This document shows, one piece after another, positions 49,101-61,746 of a stretch of DNA of 64,000 bases (position 1 is the first letter of the stretch; each line of letters opens with the position of its first letter). The stretch comes from Antedon mediterranea (taxonomy: Eukaryota > Animalia > Echinodermata), in NCBI RefSeq assembly GCF_964355755.1, contig NC_092670.1, forward strand, positions 5,508,201-5,572,200, in the 5' to 3' direction. The notes below the pieces were generated by a model, which saw nothing but the letters and a program-made list of their open reading frames with translations, ran no database searches and was not told the origin of the DNA. A program made the translations under genes and the position numbers.

Positions 49101-51057
49101 GAGACCTAGCCATTACGGGCACGATGGCCATAATGCACAGTGTGTCTCCGGCCCCTGTACGACAAGAGGGTCCTATGCTATTATTTTGAGGTTGTTCAGT
49201 TTGAGTTACTTGTGTTTTATTTTCTGCTGCTACTGCCTGACTTTGCTCATTAGTTCGGTGAAGAAGCGTTGGGTGTCGCTTGCTGCATGTTGAGCATATT
49301 GCTCGATTACGGCATTCCTTAGATCGATGTCCGTATTTCAAGCATCCAAAACATCTTCTATTCTCTTGTAGCCAGACTAACTCTTTCCGGCACAGTCTTT
49401 GCAAGGAACGCATCACATTTTTTAATTTTATGATCTCCCTTTTTGCAAATGTAGCATGACCTAGTGTCTGCCGGCTTTGATGTACCATGTTGTGACCTTG
49501 AATCGGTTCTTTCATCCTGTGATTGTACGCTGGTTGCAAAGCTTCCCTTCGTTCCCTTTGGAAGATTTTGTGTAGCAGCCTTTGGTCGGCTACTAGGTCC
49601 GTTCGAGGCTAAAGCGTCCCTACCATATGTTGGGTCATTTGCCTTCTTAGCTTCCCTTTTAACAAACTTCACTAACTCTTTGAAAGAAACAATCACATTT
49701 CGGTCCTTTAGATTCTGCACTGTGCTTCTTCATTTTTCATGCAATGAGTAAGGTAGCTTTTTAATGATTGATCTTATGTTCTCTGAATATTCCAAGACTT
49801 GCATAGCTTGGATACATTCGACGGCACTTGAGCATTCATTTAGAAATATAGAAAAGGCGTCTAAGGACTTTGAGTTACTTATTGCTGGCCAAGTTATTAC
49901 CTTCTTTATAAAGGCTTCTGCAATCACCTGTGGGTCTCCATACCTTTCTTCAAACTCTTTAAGTACTGCCGAATATCCTATTTTGGCATCCAGATAGCTG
50001 TAACCTTCAACTATTTTTAGCGCTTCTCCCATCGTGAATTGTTCAAGATAGTATATCTTCTCATCGTCAGTCTCCGTAAACTTCACAACCCTGTTGTTGA
50101 ATTGCCTCATAAATTTCTTATATTCTATTGGGTTTCCATCAAACTTTTTTATCTCGCAGACCGGTTTTCTAAGTTCTTTTATCACTGACATCTGACCTGT
50201 CGTTAATTTCCGGTGTGTTGGTGGTTAGCATTCTTTTAGGTGTGGCAGGTGGTGGCTAACAACCTCTCAGGTGTGGTGGTGGCTGGTAATTGACTGAGAG
50301 TAGGCACAAATAAGTTGGCATCTACGTTTACACCAGGTTGGTATGGTTGTGCAATGGAGACTTGGCTTTGAGATGAAAGGACTTCTTCAATCGCCCTTTG
50401 TTTGGCTTCTGAAGCCTCCAGTTTTGTTCTTAGCTCAAGTCTGGCTTCTCTATTTTTCAGGTCCAACTTAGCTCGCTCAATCGCCTCACGTTCTTCTATT
50501 GCCGCCATCTATGCATTTAAGTCAGCTTGTTTTTTAATTTCATTCAATTTAGCAGTCGGACAAGGCAGATTGACCACCGCTTGACCTTCTGCTTGATTTG
50601 CCAGAAGCAGCTTGAGATACGCTATCATTAGGATCTATGCTCACTCTTTGTACTGGATCTTCGTTTAGTGAGTCTTCTGTCTGATCTTTAAATTCCGTCA
50701 GAGCCCTCTCTGTAGGCTCGAAATTTTTCCAATAATCTTGATGCTTTTCTTCTTCGTCTAGTAATTCGGTCAAATCATCATGTTCATCTAAAAAGCTTTC
50801 ATACAATCCAATCCATACCTTATACTTTTCTTGTATTTCCCTTTTGGCTTGTGCTTCTTGAATTGACACTTGCATCTTTTTTAGTTCTTGAATTATACTG
50901 CCACGTTTCTTTCTTTTTACTTCAATGGCATGGGCCAGTCCCTTTTCTGCCATGGTTATTTCCCTTTGTGCCTTAGCATCAGGATTAGTATCTTTAGGTT
51001 TAGTTGCTGGAGTCGTTTCACTCATCTTCTTAGTTACAGTAAAAGAGAATTCGTTAA

Positions 51058-51855
51058 TGATATTACTATCGAGGGTCCAGAGAAATATATGAGTCGAGAA
51101 TCGAAATATCACACTGTTATATGCTTCCTTTAAGTCTTTATTTACCAATACTGTGATAGAGTTGATTAACTGTGAAACAATAAAAATGACATAATAGTAT
51201 GGTTAGCTATTATTTATAAAATTCTTGGTTCTTAATTTAAAACTGGTTTAACATGACCTATTTAAACAATTGACAAAATGATAATATTAACATTGATCCA
51301 TCAGCAACAACTGCAATTAATACATACAGTCTTCTATAATAATGCATAATTGGTGTCCAGTATTAATATTACTATTATAATATGAGCATAAATATCAGCT
51401 ATTCAAACAACAATTTAACCAAAAAACAAGCATATACACTGTTATGCTTTCATAGAAGCAACAGGTATCTCACTTATGAGATGGTCCCTGAAAAAGTTAA
51501 AACAAAGTTATCTAGGCCTAGCCTACCGAAAGTACCAGCCATAAATAACATCTCAAATAACACAACAAAATGACTATATTCGATAAGAGAATTGAGCTTA
51601 CCGAATTCTGTAAACTTTCCCTGGCTTATGGTTCAGTAATTTATACAAAAACTTTCTAAAATCTCTCTCTATTTATCTCTTATAATCTCCAACTAACTTC
51701 TTAAATCCTGTCTTCTTTCCTTTTCACACAAAAAAGGCATGTTACCATGCAACCTCCTCATATTACCATGCAACCTCCTCATATTACAATAGGTTGCCAC
51801 AGAAAACCAAATATTTTGCCCAATATTAATTAAACTAGAAGCAATGGCTTCTACA
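51058..51855 (-). repeat. 5' LTR of the BEL element
   Basis: Starts TGTAGAAGCC on the minus strand and carries a private 21-bp duplication (ttaccatgcaacctcctcata). Confidence 0.95.
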
Positions 51856-54224
51856 TATGTAAACAAGCCTGCCTAGACACCTTACCTTGCGAGGAATAAT
51901 ATACAGATAATTATTAATTAATGATTCCTTGGCAATAAAATATTCACTATAGCCTAGGTCGTGTAAATAATAACAGAAGAATTTCCACCAATAGCCTACA
52001 TTAATAATAATAATAGTATCATCATCAGTTTGTCTTCTTACTTCGAACCGAATCACCGGATATTCAGTGCGTCGCGCGCGTACCGGTTACTACTGTGAGT
52101 ATTAACCAATCACAAACGGTCTTTCATCACATCTAGGGAGGACTAATAACAAATGAGGGCGCTATGTATGGATAGCTTAAATAGTTTAGTTGTTTAATTT
52201 CTTCAAGCAAGTTACGTGGCGCGCATTGGTTGAAGCGTTGTCTTGTGATGGAGTGACAATTTCATCGCGAGTTCAAGACCCACAGATGACTTTTGTTTAT
52301 TTATCGGCAACGCGAGTGTTGCCACACGAAAATTACACGGTCAATATCATCGTACTCGAGAATTTGTATGTTTAATGACAGGGGACAAGATAATTACGCG
52401 AAAATTACTCAGTCAATATCATCGTTCTCGAGGATATATACGATTTACGATCCTCGCAGCGGTAGTCATGTGATGCAGTTTCAACCAATCAAGTTCACGT
52501 ATTTACATAGGCTATGTAACTTACTAATTTCGTGATCCTTTCCAGCATATATCTTTATTTCACAAATGTTAATGTATTCAGTTTTTGAAGGATACCATAA
52601 GAAAACGTATCGTCCACTGATTGGCTGTTTGCAGATTACGTCAATAATAGGACTCGTCACAACCTGAGTGTTAGTAACAGACATCCCGCACTTTTTTTCT
52701 TCCCTAATGTTACCACAAATTGCTCCAATTCTAACTTCAGCATCCTCCAGTCGAAGGTGACTCTGTGAATCTAAAAATGGCATCTAATTTACAGCTATTT
52801 TGAAAATATTAAATGTATTTCAAGATTTCTGTTTCACTTTATAGGTTTTCATAAATGTTATAATTTAAAGTAATGCTTATAATAAACTCAAAGTTTTAAC
52901 AATTTCGGGATTTTCGTTTATAAAATACAATTAATAAATGCTTGTTTAATCTATTAAATTAAGTATTGTCTTTGGATTGTTTTATAAATTTTAAATGTTG
53001 CTCATATATTGGCACTCACTAGATTGAACACGATTTATGATGGTTACGCTGGTGACGTTATAGTTTTTTTCAAGGTCAATTTGGATCTAGGGTTGTTCAC
53101 TAATATATGTAAATAGACAGTAGACAACATTAAACAAATTAGTTAATTAACATTCTGTTTAATTAATATAATAGAACAATCTTAACTGAAAAACAAATTA
53201 TTATAGGTACAGTTAGATGAGTTTATTTACAAATAACACGTTTTATGAAACTATGGTAAACATGTAGACTTACTAACCTGAATGAAAACATAAATTACCG
53301 GCCGCAACCGTGTAGTCGTCTCCGTCAGTAACACTTTCGGCGGTAACTGCCAATTGTAGAAGATGATGTTGCAGGTTTTTTATAGGATAAATAGGCTGTA
53401 AAACCAAAAAAATACTTATCGATTTTCTGTATAAATATTATCAGAATCAGCATTGTAGGCTACTGTAAAAAGAAAATCACATTCATATATGAAAGTTTGT
53501 TTTTTAATCAGAATTATAACACATTTTATTGTTTTCTTGTAATTTGATTGGTCGAATTAGCATCACGTGTCATTTGGAATTTGCCCTATCTCATGGAAAA
53601 GGGATATCTAATGGTGATAATGAACGATTCTAATGCATGTTCAGTTTTCTGTAAACATTTTGAGAATTTTTGCCACGCGACAGACTGATCGCGTTCGGAA
53701 ATCAACTTTCAGTGCGCGCCTTCTCTAACTGTTGTACACCACGTCTAAGGTTGGAAAACTGCCTTGTATATAATGGCCTAACTTCCCGGCCTAGCATTCG
53801 TCAATGGATAACCTGAATTTACCAACCTGTAGTCGGTCCTTTCCTTTATCTCACAAACAAAAGTTAAAAGCCTACAGAAAACACGGAAAAGATATACACA
53901 TATATAGGCCTACACCTAAACAAAAAAAAAGTTCTTACATGTTTCGGTGTAATTTATAAAGACAAGTAATTAGTCCTGCTGATATTTCCATGTTGCTTAC
54001 TATGTACTGTAACATGTAATTGAAGATACTATAGGTCTCTCTTCCGTTTTATTTTCTGACGTATTCTCCCAAAGTCAATTTAACTTTTTTCTATGCAATA
54101 TTTCACAATTAACTTAAATTTCCAATAATGAAAAACATGATAGACTTAAAGTTTTACCAGACAAATCAATAATTAAAAATTATTATTGCTTGTGTGTGTG
54201 TGTGTGTTTTTTAGCTTTATTATT

Positions 54225-54300
54225 GGCACACGATTTATGATAGTTACACTGTGACGTTATAGATCTTGAGATCGATTTCGATCCAGGGTTGCTCACTAAT
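54225..54300 (-). pseudogene. Orphan relic of the F-type lectin exon 3 (third copy)
   Basis: acacgatttatgatagttacactgtgacgttatagatcttgagatcgatttcgatccagggttgctcactaat aligns to 53028-53105 and 59716-59790. Confidence 0.7.
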
Positions 54301-54610
54301 ATTAATGTTCAATTAACTTTAGTCCTATGCTTAATATAAATTGGTTGTATGTAATAAAAAACAAGATAAAATTAAAGTTTTACCGTACAAATCAATACTT
54401 ACAATGTAATGACAATGCAATTTAATCAAGTACTGGTACCAGAAGCTGTCTCGTCTAAGCCCTCCAACTGATTAGTTTAATCATATACCACCATAGAAAC
54501 TATTTTGTTTGTGTTGAAGCGTAGAGATAATGAGATATAGTGCCATCTGAAATACCATGACGGTACACAATACCAATCATCTTGGCAAATACTCATACAA
54601 AGTCGTCGTT

Positions 54611-54735
54611 TTTAGTCGCGTGCAACGCGTGCAAACGCGACTCTACAGCTCACTTTGTCGGTCGATTGGTCGGTCGGTCGGTAAACACTAACTCAAATTT
54701 GCGCACGTGACTGCAGCCATGTATATGGCATTGTT
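54611..54735 (+). mobile_element. HINE/DINE-1-like element
   Basis: tttagtcgcgtg...acgcgactctacagctcactttgtcggtcg...gcacgtgact; same architecture as 45612-45740. Confidence 0.7.
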
Positions 54736-55908
54736 CTTCCTCGATAGGATTTCACAATGTTGTTTTTGTTTAAAGAAAATTTAACGTAGGATTTAACAAT
54801 GTTGTTTTTGTTTAAAGAAAATTTAACGTACTCTTAATCTATCAAAAAGTCTGTAACAATGTTGTTCATGCTAATTACTAAAGGCCATCAACCATTATTC
54901 AGATATAAACAAGCGATCTAACCACGTTTACAATTACAATTTAAATTATTATTTCGTCTAACAATATGTACGAAGTTCCAATGTAATTACAATTAATGTT
55001 ACTTCTATTCACAATTCTGACTATGTTTTAAACAATATTGATAATAAGACTACTACTACTCTAGCCTTCTTTGATCCGAAAACATTGATACTGTTGTTTA
55101 TCATTCACCCGAAGGTACAACTTAACTTACAACTTACACGAGTCTATAAGTTTTATATTTACTTTATTTTAACGTTATATAACAGTACTCTTCTTAAAAC
55201 TAGCTATTTTGGGACGTTTAAAATAAAAGTTTAAATCGTATCTTTCTGTTCGAAGGCACAACATCACTTTAGTTATTGTGCCTTGATTCATCTCCAGATT
55301 CTATTCAATGCAAGGTTCACCCTAGTGTCGTAAGGGTCTTTTTCTTTTCATTCTGTTCTGTTTATTATTGATTTTTCTAATGTCATTACACATTGTTCTG
55401 CTATTTTTCTGCATCTAAACTGTCCATTTGTATCTTCAAATGTGAACAATTGTTTAAATGGCAGATTGAGAAAACAATTCTCTTTAAATATTTAGAAAAC
55501 CAAATCTATTTAACTCTGCCATTTTCTTAGTATTCAAGTTTGATTGTTTCATTCAATGCCATATAGAGAACATAAATTAATAAATATAATTCTGTGAGGA
55601 GGACGCATCAAGCCAAGGATTTAAGTTTGGTCCTCCAGATAAATAAATATATATATATATATGATTATTTAATTGAAGTGGCAGAGAAAAACAGCACTTA
55701 TGTCTTTCTTCTAATTGACAAATAAAATTAAACAAAAAAGGCACAATAAAGAAAAAAAACCTTCTTAAGGCAGTGGTGTAATAATGTTCTAAATGTGGCG
55801 AGTTATTCCATACAAGGTCCAATGTAAATAATGTATTTTATTTTGTATAATAGTTTTTTGCAGTTGATGATCAAATCTAACTAGATTGTTCTTGATGTGG
55901 GGATAGAG

Positions 55909-58900
55909 TTATTGATATAGCAATGTATCCATACGAAGCAAACAACCGCCTTTGCAATTACAACCCTCTTCACATTCATCAAAGGTGATCACTTTCTGAA
56001 AATATTCCATATCTGTTATCACAGCAGGTGTTCCTTCTTCTTTGTGGTGGTGTGAAAAGAGAACGCAGAATTTGTCACAGTTGCGAAATCCGAATACATT
56101 ACAGAATAAATGCACGTGACACATCTTGGCACAGTGGATGTACGATAGAACTTCCTTGCTTTGAAAGATTTCACCACCTACTATGCCTTTTATAGTCGAT
56201 GACTCGATTTTCTCGAATATGTTACCTAAAGAGTAAACTAAAACATACACAATTAATTAAGTCGTTTGGAAATGTAATATGTTATAATTATAAATAAGTC
56301 TATCACACTACTCTGTCCTACCATGGGAAAGTGGATACCCTTTTTGACGAATTGAATTTCACTTTACTTTAAACAAAACCAAAGTCGTCATCATCCAAAA
56401 TCAGATATCTTATCAATACAAAGGGAAGCAGCAAAAACATTTTTTTACACTACTACTAACGTTACTAAATAGTTTGGTTAATTTTGATTGATTTTTAAAT
56501 AAAAAAAAAACATTTAAAAATATCAAAAGTAACATTTTTCCAAAGGAGGGTTGTTTTTCAATATTCAAAGCATTACTATTATTATTGTAATCTAAATGCA
56601 TAGTTGATTTGGCAAACTCTTTTTCAACATTTTGTTTGTCTGTGACTTATTTTACTGGATAAAATTAAAAGCTGTTTCAATCGGTTCTTGCTTCTAATCA
56701 GTAATTGTAAACAAAATAAAAATGATATAAAGTAAGAAGAAAACAGAGGAGATGGTTAGATTCTTCAGGAAATATAAGTAAACAAACAAATGTAAATGGC
56801 CAACATAGTAAGAACAGAACTTTAAGGTTTAGAAACAGTGGAATGAAACAAATGTTATACAAGGCCAAAACATAAAAATTAGCATATAATGTGTGTATAA
56901 TAACTATGTTAAACTGATTCGTAAATGTAAATAGGTCTATCAATGTGTGTATGGGTGTATATATTTGTAATGGATGTAAAATAAGGTCAAAAGAAAAAAA
57001 ATATATACAAATTGTGAGTACTGATTTAAAACATAATAAAAGAAACAGCTAATTTTTAATACATTTCTTAATATAAAGTAAATTTAAATGATAAATAGTC
57101 GTACTTTTACTATAACTTGCAATAAACATACAATGTACGTTTTTAAAGCATACTTTTACTCCATCGATTTTATGTAGCCTACATGTATAGATATAGTGCC
57201 TTTTTAACTAATATATTGAATTTTATTGTTTTATATTTTTACGAATATGTATGTATGTTATATAATATATATTTGTAAAAGGAATGAATAAATGTGGGTG
57301 ACCCCCGCGAAAGAGAAAAACAAGATTCTTCAGGAAAGTAAGTCTATATATTATTAATTTTAGCTTAAACAATCATTATGCATAATTATAAAAAAGACAC
57401 AATTTTATATTACCATATGGCCGGTCTCTTGCCGCCTTTATTTCCGATTCATCTAGTACTCTATCATAAACCTGGAGAGCGGCTACTCTTGCCTTAACGC
57501 CCTCACCACCGATCTTTATATTCGTTTCGTCAGAAGCCAACTGAATTTGTGTGAAATCTATATAACCGATACTTGCAATCTCTCCATTCCTCCAAAGTTT
57601 GACATTCTTGTGAATTCCATCAAATGTCAAAGCAAGAAATGTCCAGACTTCAGGCTGCAGGACATGAGCTCTTGTCAACTGTTGATCAATGAAGAATACT
57701 GTTACTTCTGATTGATAAAGAATACCATTTGTGTATGTTTGTTCCATTCGTATTCGTGTTCCATCGTTTCCAAAACCTACTATATCTCCCGCCGAGTTCC
57801 GATAAGGGTAGATATAGAAAGCGATTGTAAGAGCTTGTATATCGTTTGTAATTAGATTGTTCACTGATACCACAGTTAGATCAACTGATTGCGCATCTGC
57901 ACAATCCAGTTCTTCGCCAGATGCCGATAAATACAGTTTGGTGTAGATATGTTTCAACAAACACGAGTAGTTCAACATCCATACGTCAACCGGATTTAAA
58001 TCACCTCTAAATTCATCTATAAAAGTTATTATGTTATGTAATACGACAAATGATTGAAAAAAAGTCTACAAGTAAAACCCTATTTATTATTTATTAGTTA
58101 CAGTACGGTATGTTTTGGAAGTGTTTGGAGTTAGGCAGGCAAGATAATAAATAGTATTATATAATATTTTACATTGTGCACACATATTTTATTTAGGACA
58201 TTCTTGCAGTATTCTTCACGAACATTTTCTTTGTTTTAGTTTTTGTTGGTGTGGATGCGGACCGGTATGTTTTCATGTAGTAGATATAACTTTACTTAGG
58301 TGTTCTTACCTAGTGGACATGACGTGTTTGTCGCTGGTACATCACAACCTTCCCATCTGACATCTGGATCTGTCGTGTAGCACCATGTTTCATGATGGTT
58401 GTCTGGGTTTCTACAAAGATTATGAAGGCCAAGTCCTTTTTTGGTTTCTGCTTTCTGCACTTGTATATGCTACATAATACGGAATGTGTGGAGATGTTGC
58501 TGACCAATCCTGACAAACTATACCGCTTCTTGTGATAGCTACCAAACCGCGGTAATCTTCATTATTTTGACTGCTGCTACACTCACCTTAATGTTAAAAA
58601 AAACGAGCTGTGATCCTACTACTGATTACTAATTATCAGAAATATAACATTGACAAATAATGGATTAATCTAGAAAATTATCAAGAAATCTGTATATTTG
58701 GTGCTATAGAATACGGTGGTTTAAATATCTAGCGATTTTTGTTTTATACCAATATTTCATCTTTAGATCTTTTTACGGAATAAATCATCAATACTGAAAA
58801 TCATTATTATTCTATTTTGGATTAGTCTTATAGCTATTCTAGCGACATGGTGATCAACTTACTAATTTCGTGATCGTGTTCAGTGTACACATTAATTTCA

Positions 58901-61091
58901 CAAATGTTAATGTATTCAGTTTTTGAAGGGTACCATAAAATAACATAGCGTCCACTGATTGGCTGTTGGCAGATTACGTCAATAATAGGACTCGTCACAA
59001 CCTGGGTGTTAGTAACAGAAACCCCGCACTTCTCCTCTTTCGTAACGTTATTCCCACTGATACCAATTCTGACTTCTGCATCTTTTAGACGAAGGTGAAC
59101 ATCTGCATCTAAAAATATTGATTACATATTTATAACAATTTTTTTTACAATATTATTTCTAAATCTTTTTGTTACTCTTATTGTTTTGTCGCAAGAAAAC
59201 GAGAACAGCACAACGTTACTATAATCGCTTACTCCGTCACAAGCAACACTTTTAGGCTGTTTTTTAACAAATTATATGTTATGTTTAGTAAATTACCTTC
59301 AATTATAATGTACAATTGTATATTCATATATTGTAGCCACATACTATTGTTATTATTGTTATTGTAATCAGTAAACTGAACAGTTCCAATAATTACTTAG
59401 GTCTACTTCTTATGATTGTACGCAACATCCACTGTACATATTTACTGTCACCATAATAATTAGATATTGATATGACAGGGGTATCAACTTATTTTTGCAA
59501 CCAGTTGTTTTTCTTCATTCCTTCTTCTTAAGAATATTCAAGATATTAAATTTGTATCTAATGTTATTACTGAAGATTTGTTACTATAGTTTCAGTCAAC
59601 AATCAAGTATTTTGAAGATAATTAGGCACCTATTTGCTTCTAATATATAATGTTTATTGAACGAGTATAGACCATACAATAAACTAAATTTAATAATGGC
59701 ACTTACTATTTTCAACACGGTTGATTATGGTTACGCTGGTGACGTTATAGTTTCCTTGAAGGTCAATTTGGATCCAGGGTTGTTCGCTCATATCTGTTAT
59801 ATTTTAAGACAATATTCATTAAATTATATACTATAAACTAAAGCTTATACCCAAACAAATTGAAAGGCGCAAACAAGCTATAAATTGTATTTGAAAGTAT
59901 TGTGAAACGTAAGCAGCAGAAATATTCCAATGACGATTTACAGTTTTGCTTCTATCACAAAGTATAAAGGTATAGGGTATATTCGCAAAATGTTTCATCA
60001 GAGGATAACTACGTAGGCCGAGTAGAGTGTTATAACAACATACATAAATACATACAATGCTATTTAAAAAAAAGTAAAAATATAATATACATTCATTATA
60101 ATAAATGTGTTTAAATAATGAGAACTATAAAGGGGGTAACTCCCACAAAAAAAGCATCTTTCATTAGACAGCTGACAACAGGATTGTGCACTGTTGTAAA
60201 TTTTAGGAAACATTGTCACGGGCCTACATTGTAATTAAAAAATAAATGAAAATCCAGTTTGTTTAGTTGATGTTATCCTACATCTAAATGTTATTACATC
60301 TGATTTTGTATTTAAAATACTTGAGAAATAATGCTGTTCCAACCAGACAGAATTATAAACTCCAATCGAACTTGAAGCATACCATGAAAATGTCTAATAC
60401 TAGGTGATATTTAATACAAAGTTTAATACTATAATATAATTTCTTTCTATTTACATCAGCTCTTGACAAAATTCTAAACTATGTTAAATGATAGTTACCT
60501 GAATGAAAGCATGAATTTCTGTCCAAAATGGTGTAGTCATCTCCGTTCGTAGCAAGTTGGGCTCCATGTCCACCAAACGTAGAAGAGGAGGTTACAGGTT
60601 TCTTAAACGATAGATAGGCTGTGAAAGCAAAAATAAATATTTTCAAAGGGACAAGAACTAGTTACAAGAAATATTTGCTGTACTATTTACTTAGTTTACA
60701 CATTTTTACATATTATTCGAATAAGTTTTTCCGATTATATGAGAATTATGATTGTAAGAACATACATTTATGAAAATAAAAAAAAAAACACAAAGAAGAT
60801 TTTATAAAAATATAAAAAAAGGTTTGTAGATAATCATACCTAGTGAACATATTTCTCTCTTGTCTAATCGGACATGATGACCTAATAATTGGTAGATCCT
60901 ATACTTCACTCTATATAATTATTTTCGACACAAATGTTTTAAACAAAAATGGCCTTTAATTAGAGGTAGACCATGTCATCGAAAGTGATAGCAATACCTC
61001 CACCTAAACAATTTTCTGAAAAAAAACGAAACTTACATGTTTTAGTGTAACTTATCGAAAATATTAATATTAGTCCAATTGCTACTGCCAT
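55909..61091 (-). CDS. Secreted mosaic protein: signal peptide, F-type lectin (FTP/F5_8), kringle, LamG/pentraxin-like, PAN/apple; ~567 aa if one frameshift is corrected. Exons 61091-61037, 60618-60499, 59793-59707, 59108-58863, 58586-58310, 58016-57414, 56225-55909
   Basis: All introns are GT-AG phase 1. Signal MAVAIGLILIFSISYTKT. FTP: KKPVTSSST...CFHS...QPWIQIDL...NR...GRYV...NICEINVY. Kringle: DYRG...SGIVCQDW...NLCRNPD...WCYTTDPDVRWEGCDV. LamG: WTFLALTFDG...LWRNG...IGG...YDRVL. PAN: CAKMC...C...F...CVL. One extra A in an A6 run (58437-58442) shifts the kringle frame. Confidence 0.85.
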
Positions 61092-61588
61092 GTTGCGAAA
61101 CGTAGAATACAATTCTAACTAATAAAATAATGTTCGGTGTTATTTCCTTATGTAACCAATTTAGCTGTGTACCGTAGTTATTCACTAATATACCATTATT
61201 GATTACATTTCACATAATTGTTTAACAGTTTTAAAAATCAATAGGCTTTCTTGCAAAAATCGTTTGCATTTTTATTAGGCCTAAATCAGAGTAATTTGTG
61301 CATTAACTTTCAGCATTTGAACTAGTAGCTGTAATTATAATATACGGAAAATGTATCATACCCTTATGGAAATATACGTTGGTTCGTGTAGGTACGTGTT
61401 TTAATAATGTATTTTTAACCATATATAATCAATAATCACAGTTATTAAAGTAAAGTTGTTAATGCCCTGTCTTTCAAATTATGGCTAATGCAAACAACAT
61501 CATTATCTGAAACACGATGTACGTTATTGGAGTCTGGACATATATTTATTGCATGGTCGTGAGTGGAACCTGTAATAACAATCACTAA

Positions 61589-61746
61589 AGGTCTGTCTAC
61601 ACTATCAAACTAATTTGACAAATAAAGTGGGATTATGTACCCAAACATGGTAGTGATATGCCCAAATACGGTAGTGGTCATCATTTTGTCCATTATGGAC
61701 GCATCAAATTTTTTTGTCACATAATGTTTGATAGTGTAGACGGTTT
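61589..61746. mobile_element. PIF/Harbinger-like MITE, copy 3
   Basis: gtctgtctacactatcaaac...gtttgatagtgtagac; same family as 2468-2610. Its right half plus flank is duplicated at ~62297-62485. Confidence 0.75.

Larger units (their letters stand above)
45242..51855 (-). mobile_element. BEL/Pao LTR retrotransposon, near full length, integrase core deleted
   Basis: LTRs 51855-51058 and 46150-45242 (TG...CA), PPT GGGGCCGGAA at 46160-46151. Gag (DUF1759, CCHC knuckles), protease (YAFLDPGS), RT (RVVFDCAA, NFHVDD) and RNase H (HVFSDASE, YWTDS, NPAD). The ORF is broken by frameshifts and a stop. Likely TSD TATGT. Confidence 0.95.
44977..52519. mobile_element. Non-autonomous element with a ~190-bp terminal palindrome (Crypton-like), interrupted by the BEL element
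   Basis: Palindrome 44977-45163 centred on cccgaagcgccagctgaggg. It is followed by TTACATAGCC (45168-45177), whose reverse complement GGCTATGTAA lies at 52510-52519. Confidence 0.5.
43619..53991 (-). pseudogene. Pseudogene paralog of the F-type lectin/LamG/PAN gene. Exons 53991-53939, 53395-53278, ~53106-53020, 52770-52525, 44641-44045, 43860-43619; no kringle exon found
   Basis: Exon-by-exon homology to 55909-61091. Exons 1 and 2 are each 2 nt short. Exon 3 has W>TAG and a mutated acceptor. Exons 4, LamG and PAN remain open. TE insertions lie in the intron after exon 4. Confidence 0.85.

Noticed and set aside
46664-49997. Plus-strand ORFs (46664, 47341, 48129, 49464, 49764)
   Set aside because: Antisense shadows of the BEL gag-pol with no recognisable motifs.
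48922-50584. Frame changes in BEL gag-pol as programmed frameshifting
   Set aside because: BEL/Pao elements normally have one ORF. Several shifts plus an in-frame stop are better explained by decay.
54746-54830. 42-bp tandem duplication (also a 22-bp one at ~17263-17306)
   Set aside because: Ordinary two-copy slippage duplications in non-coding DNA.
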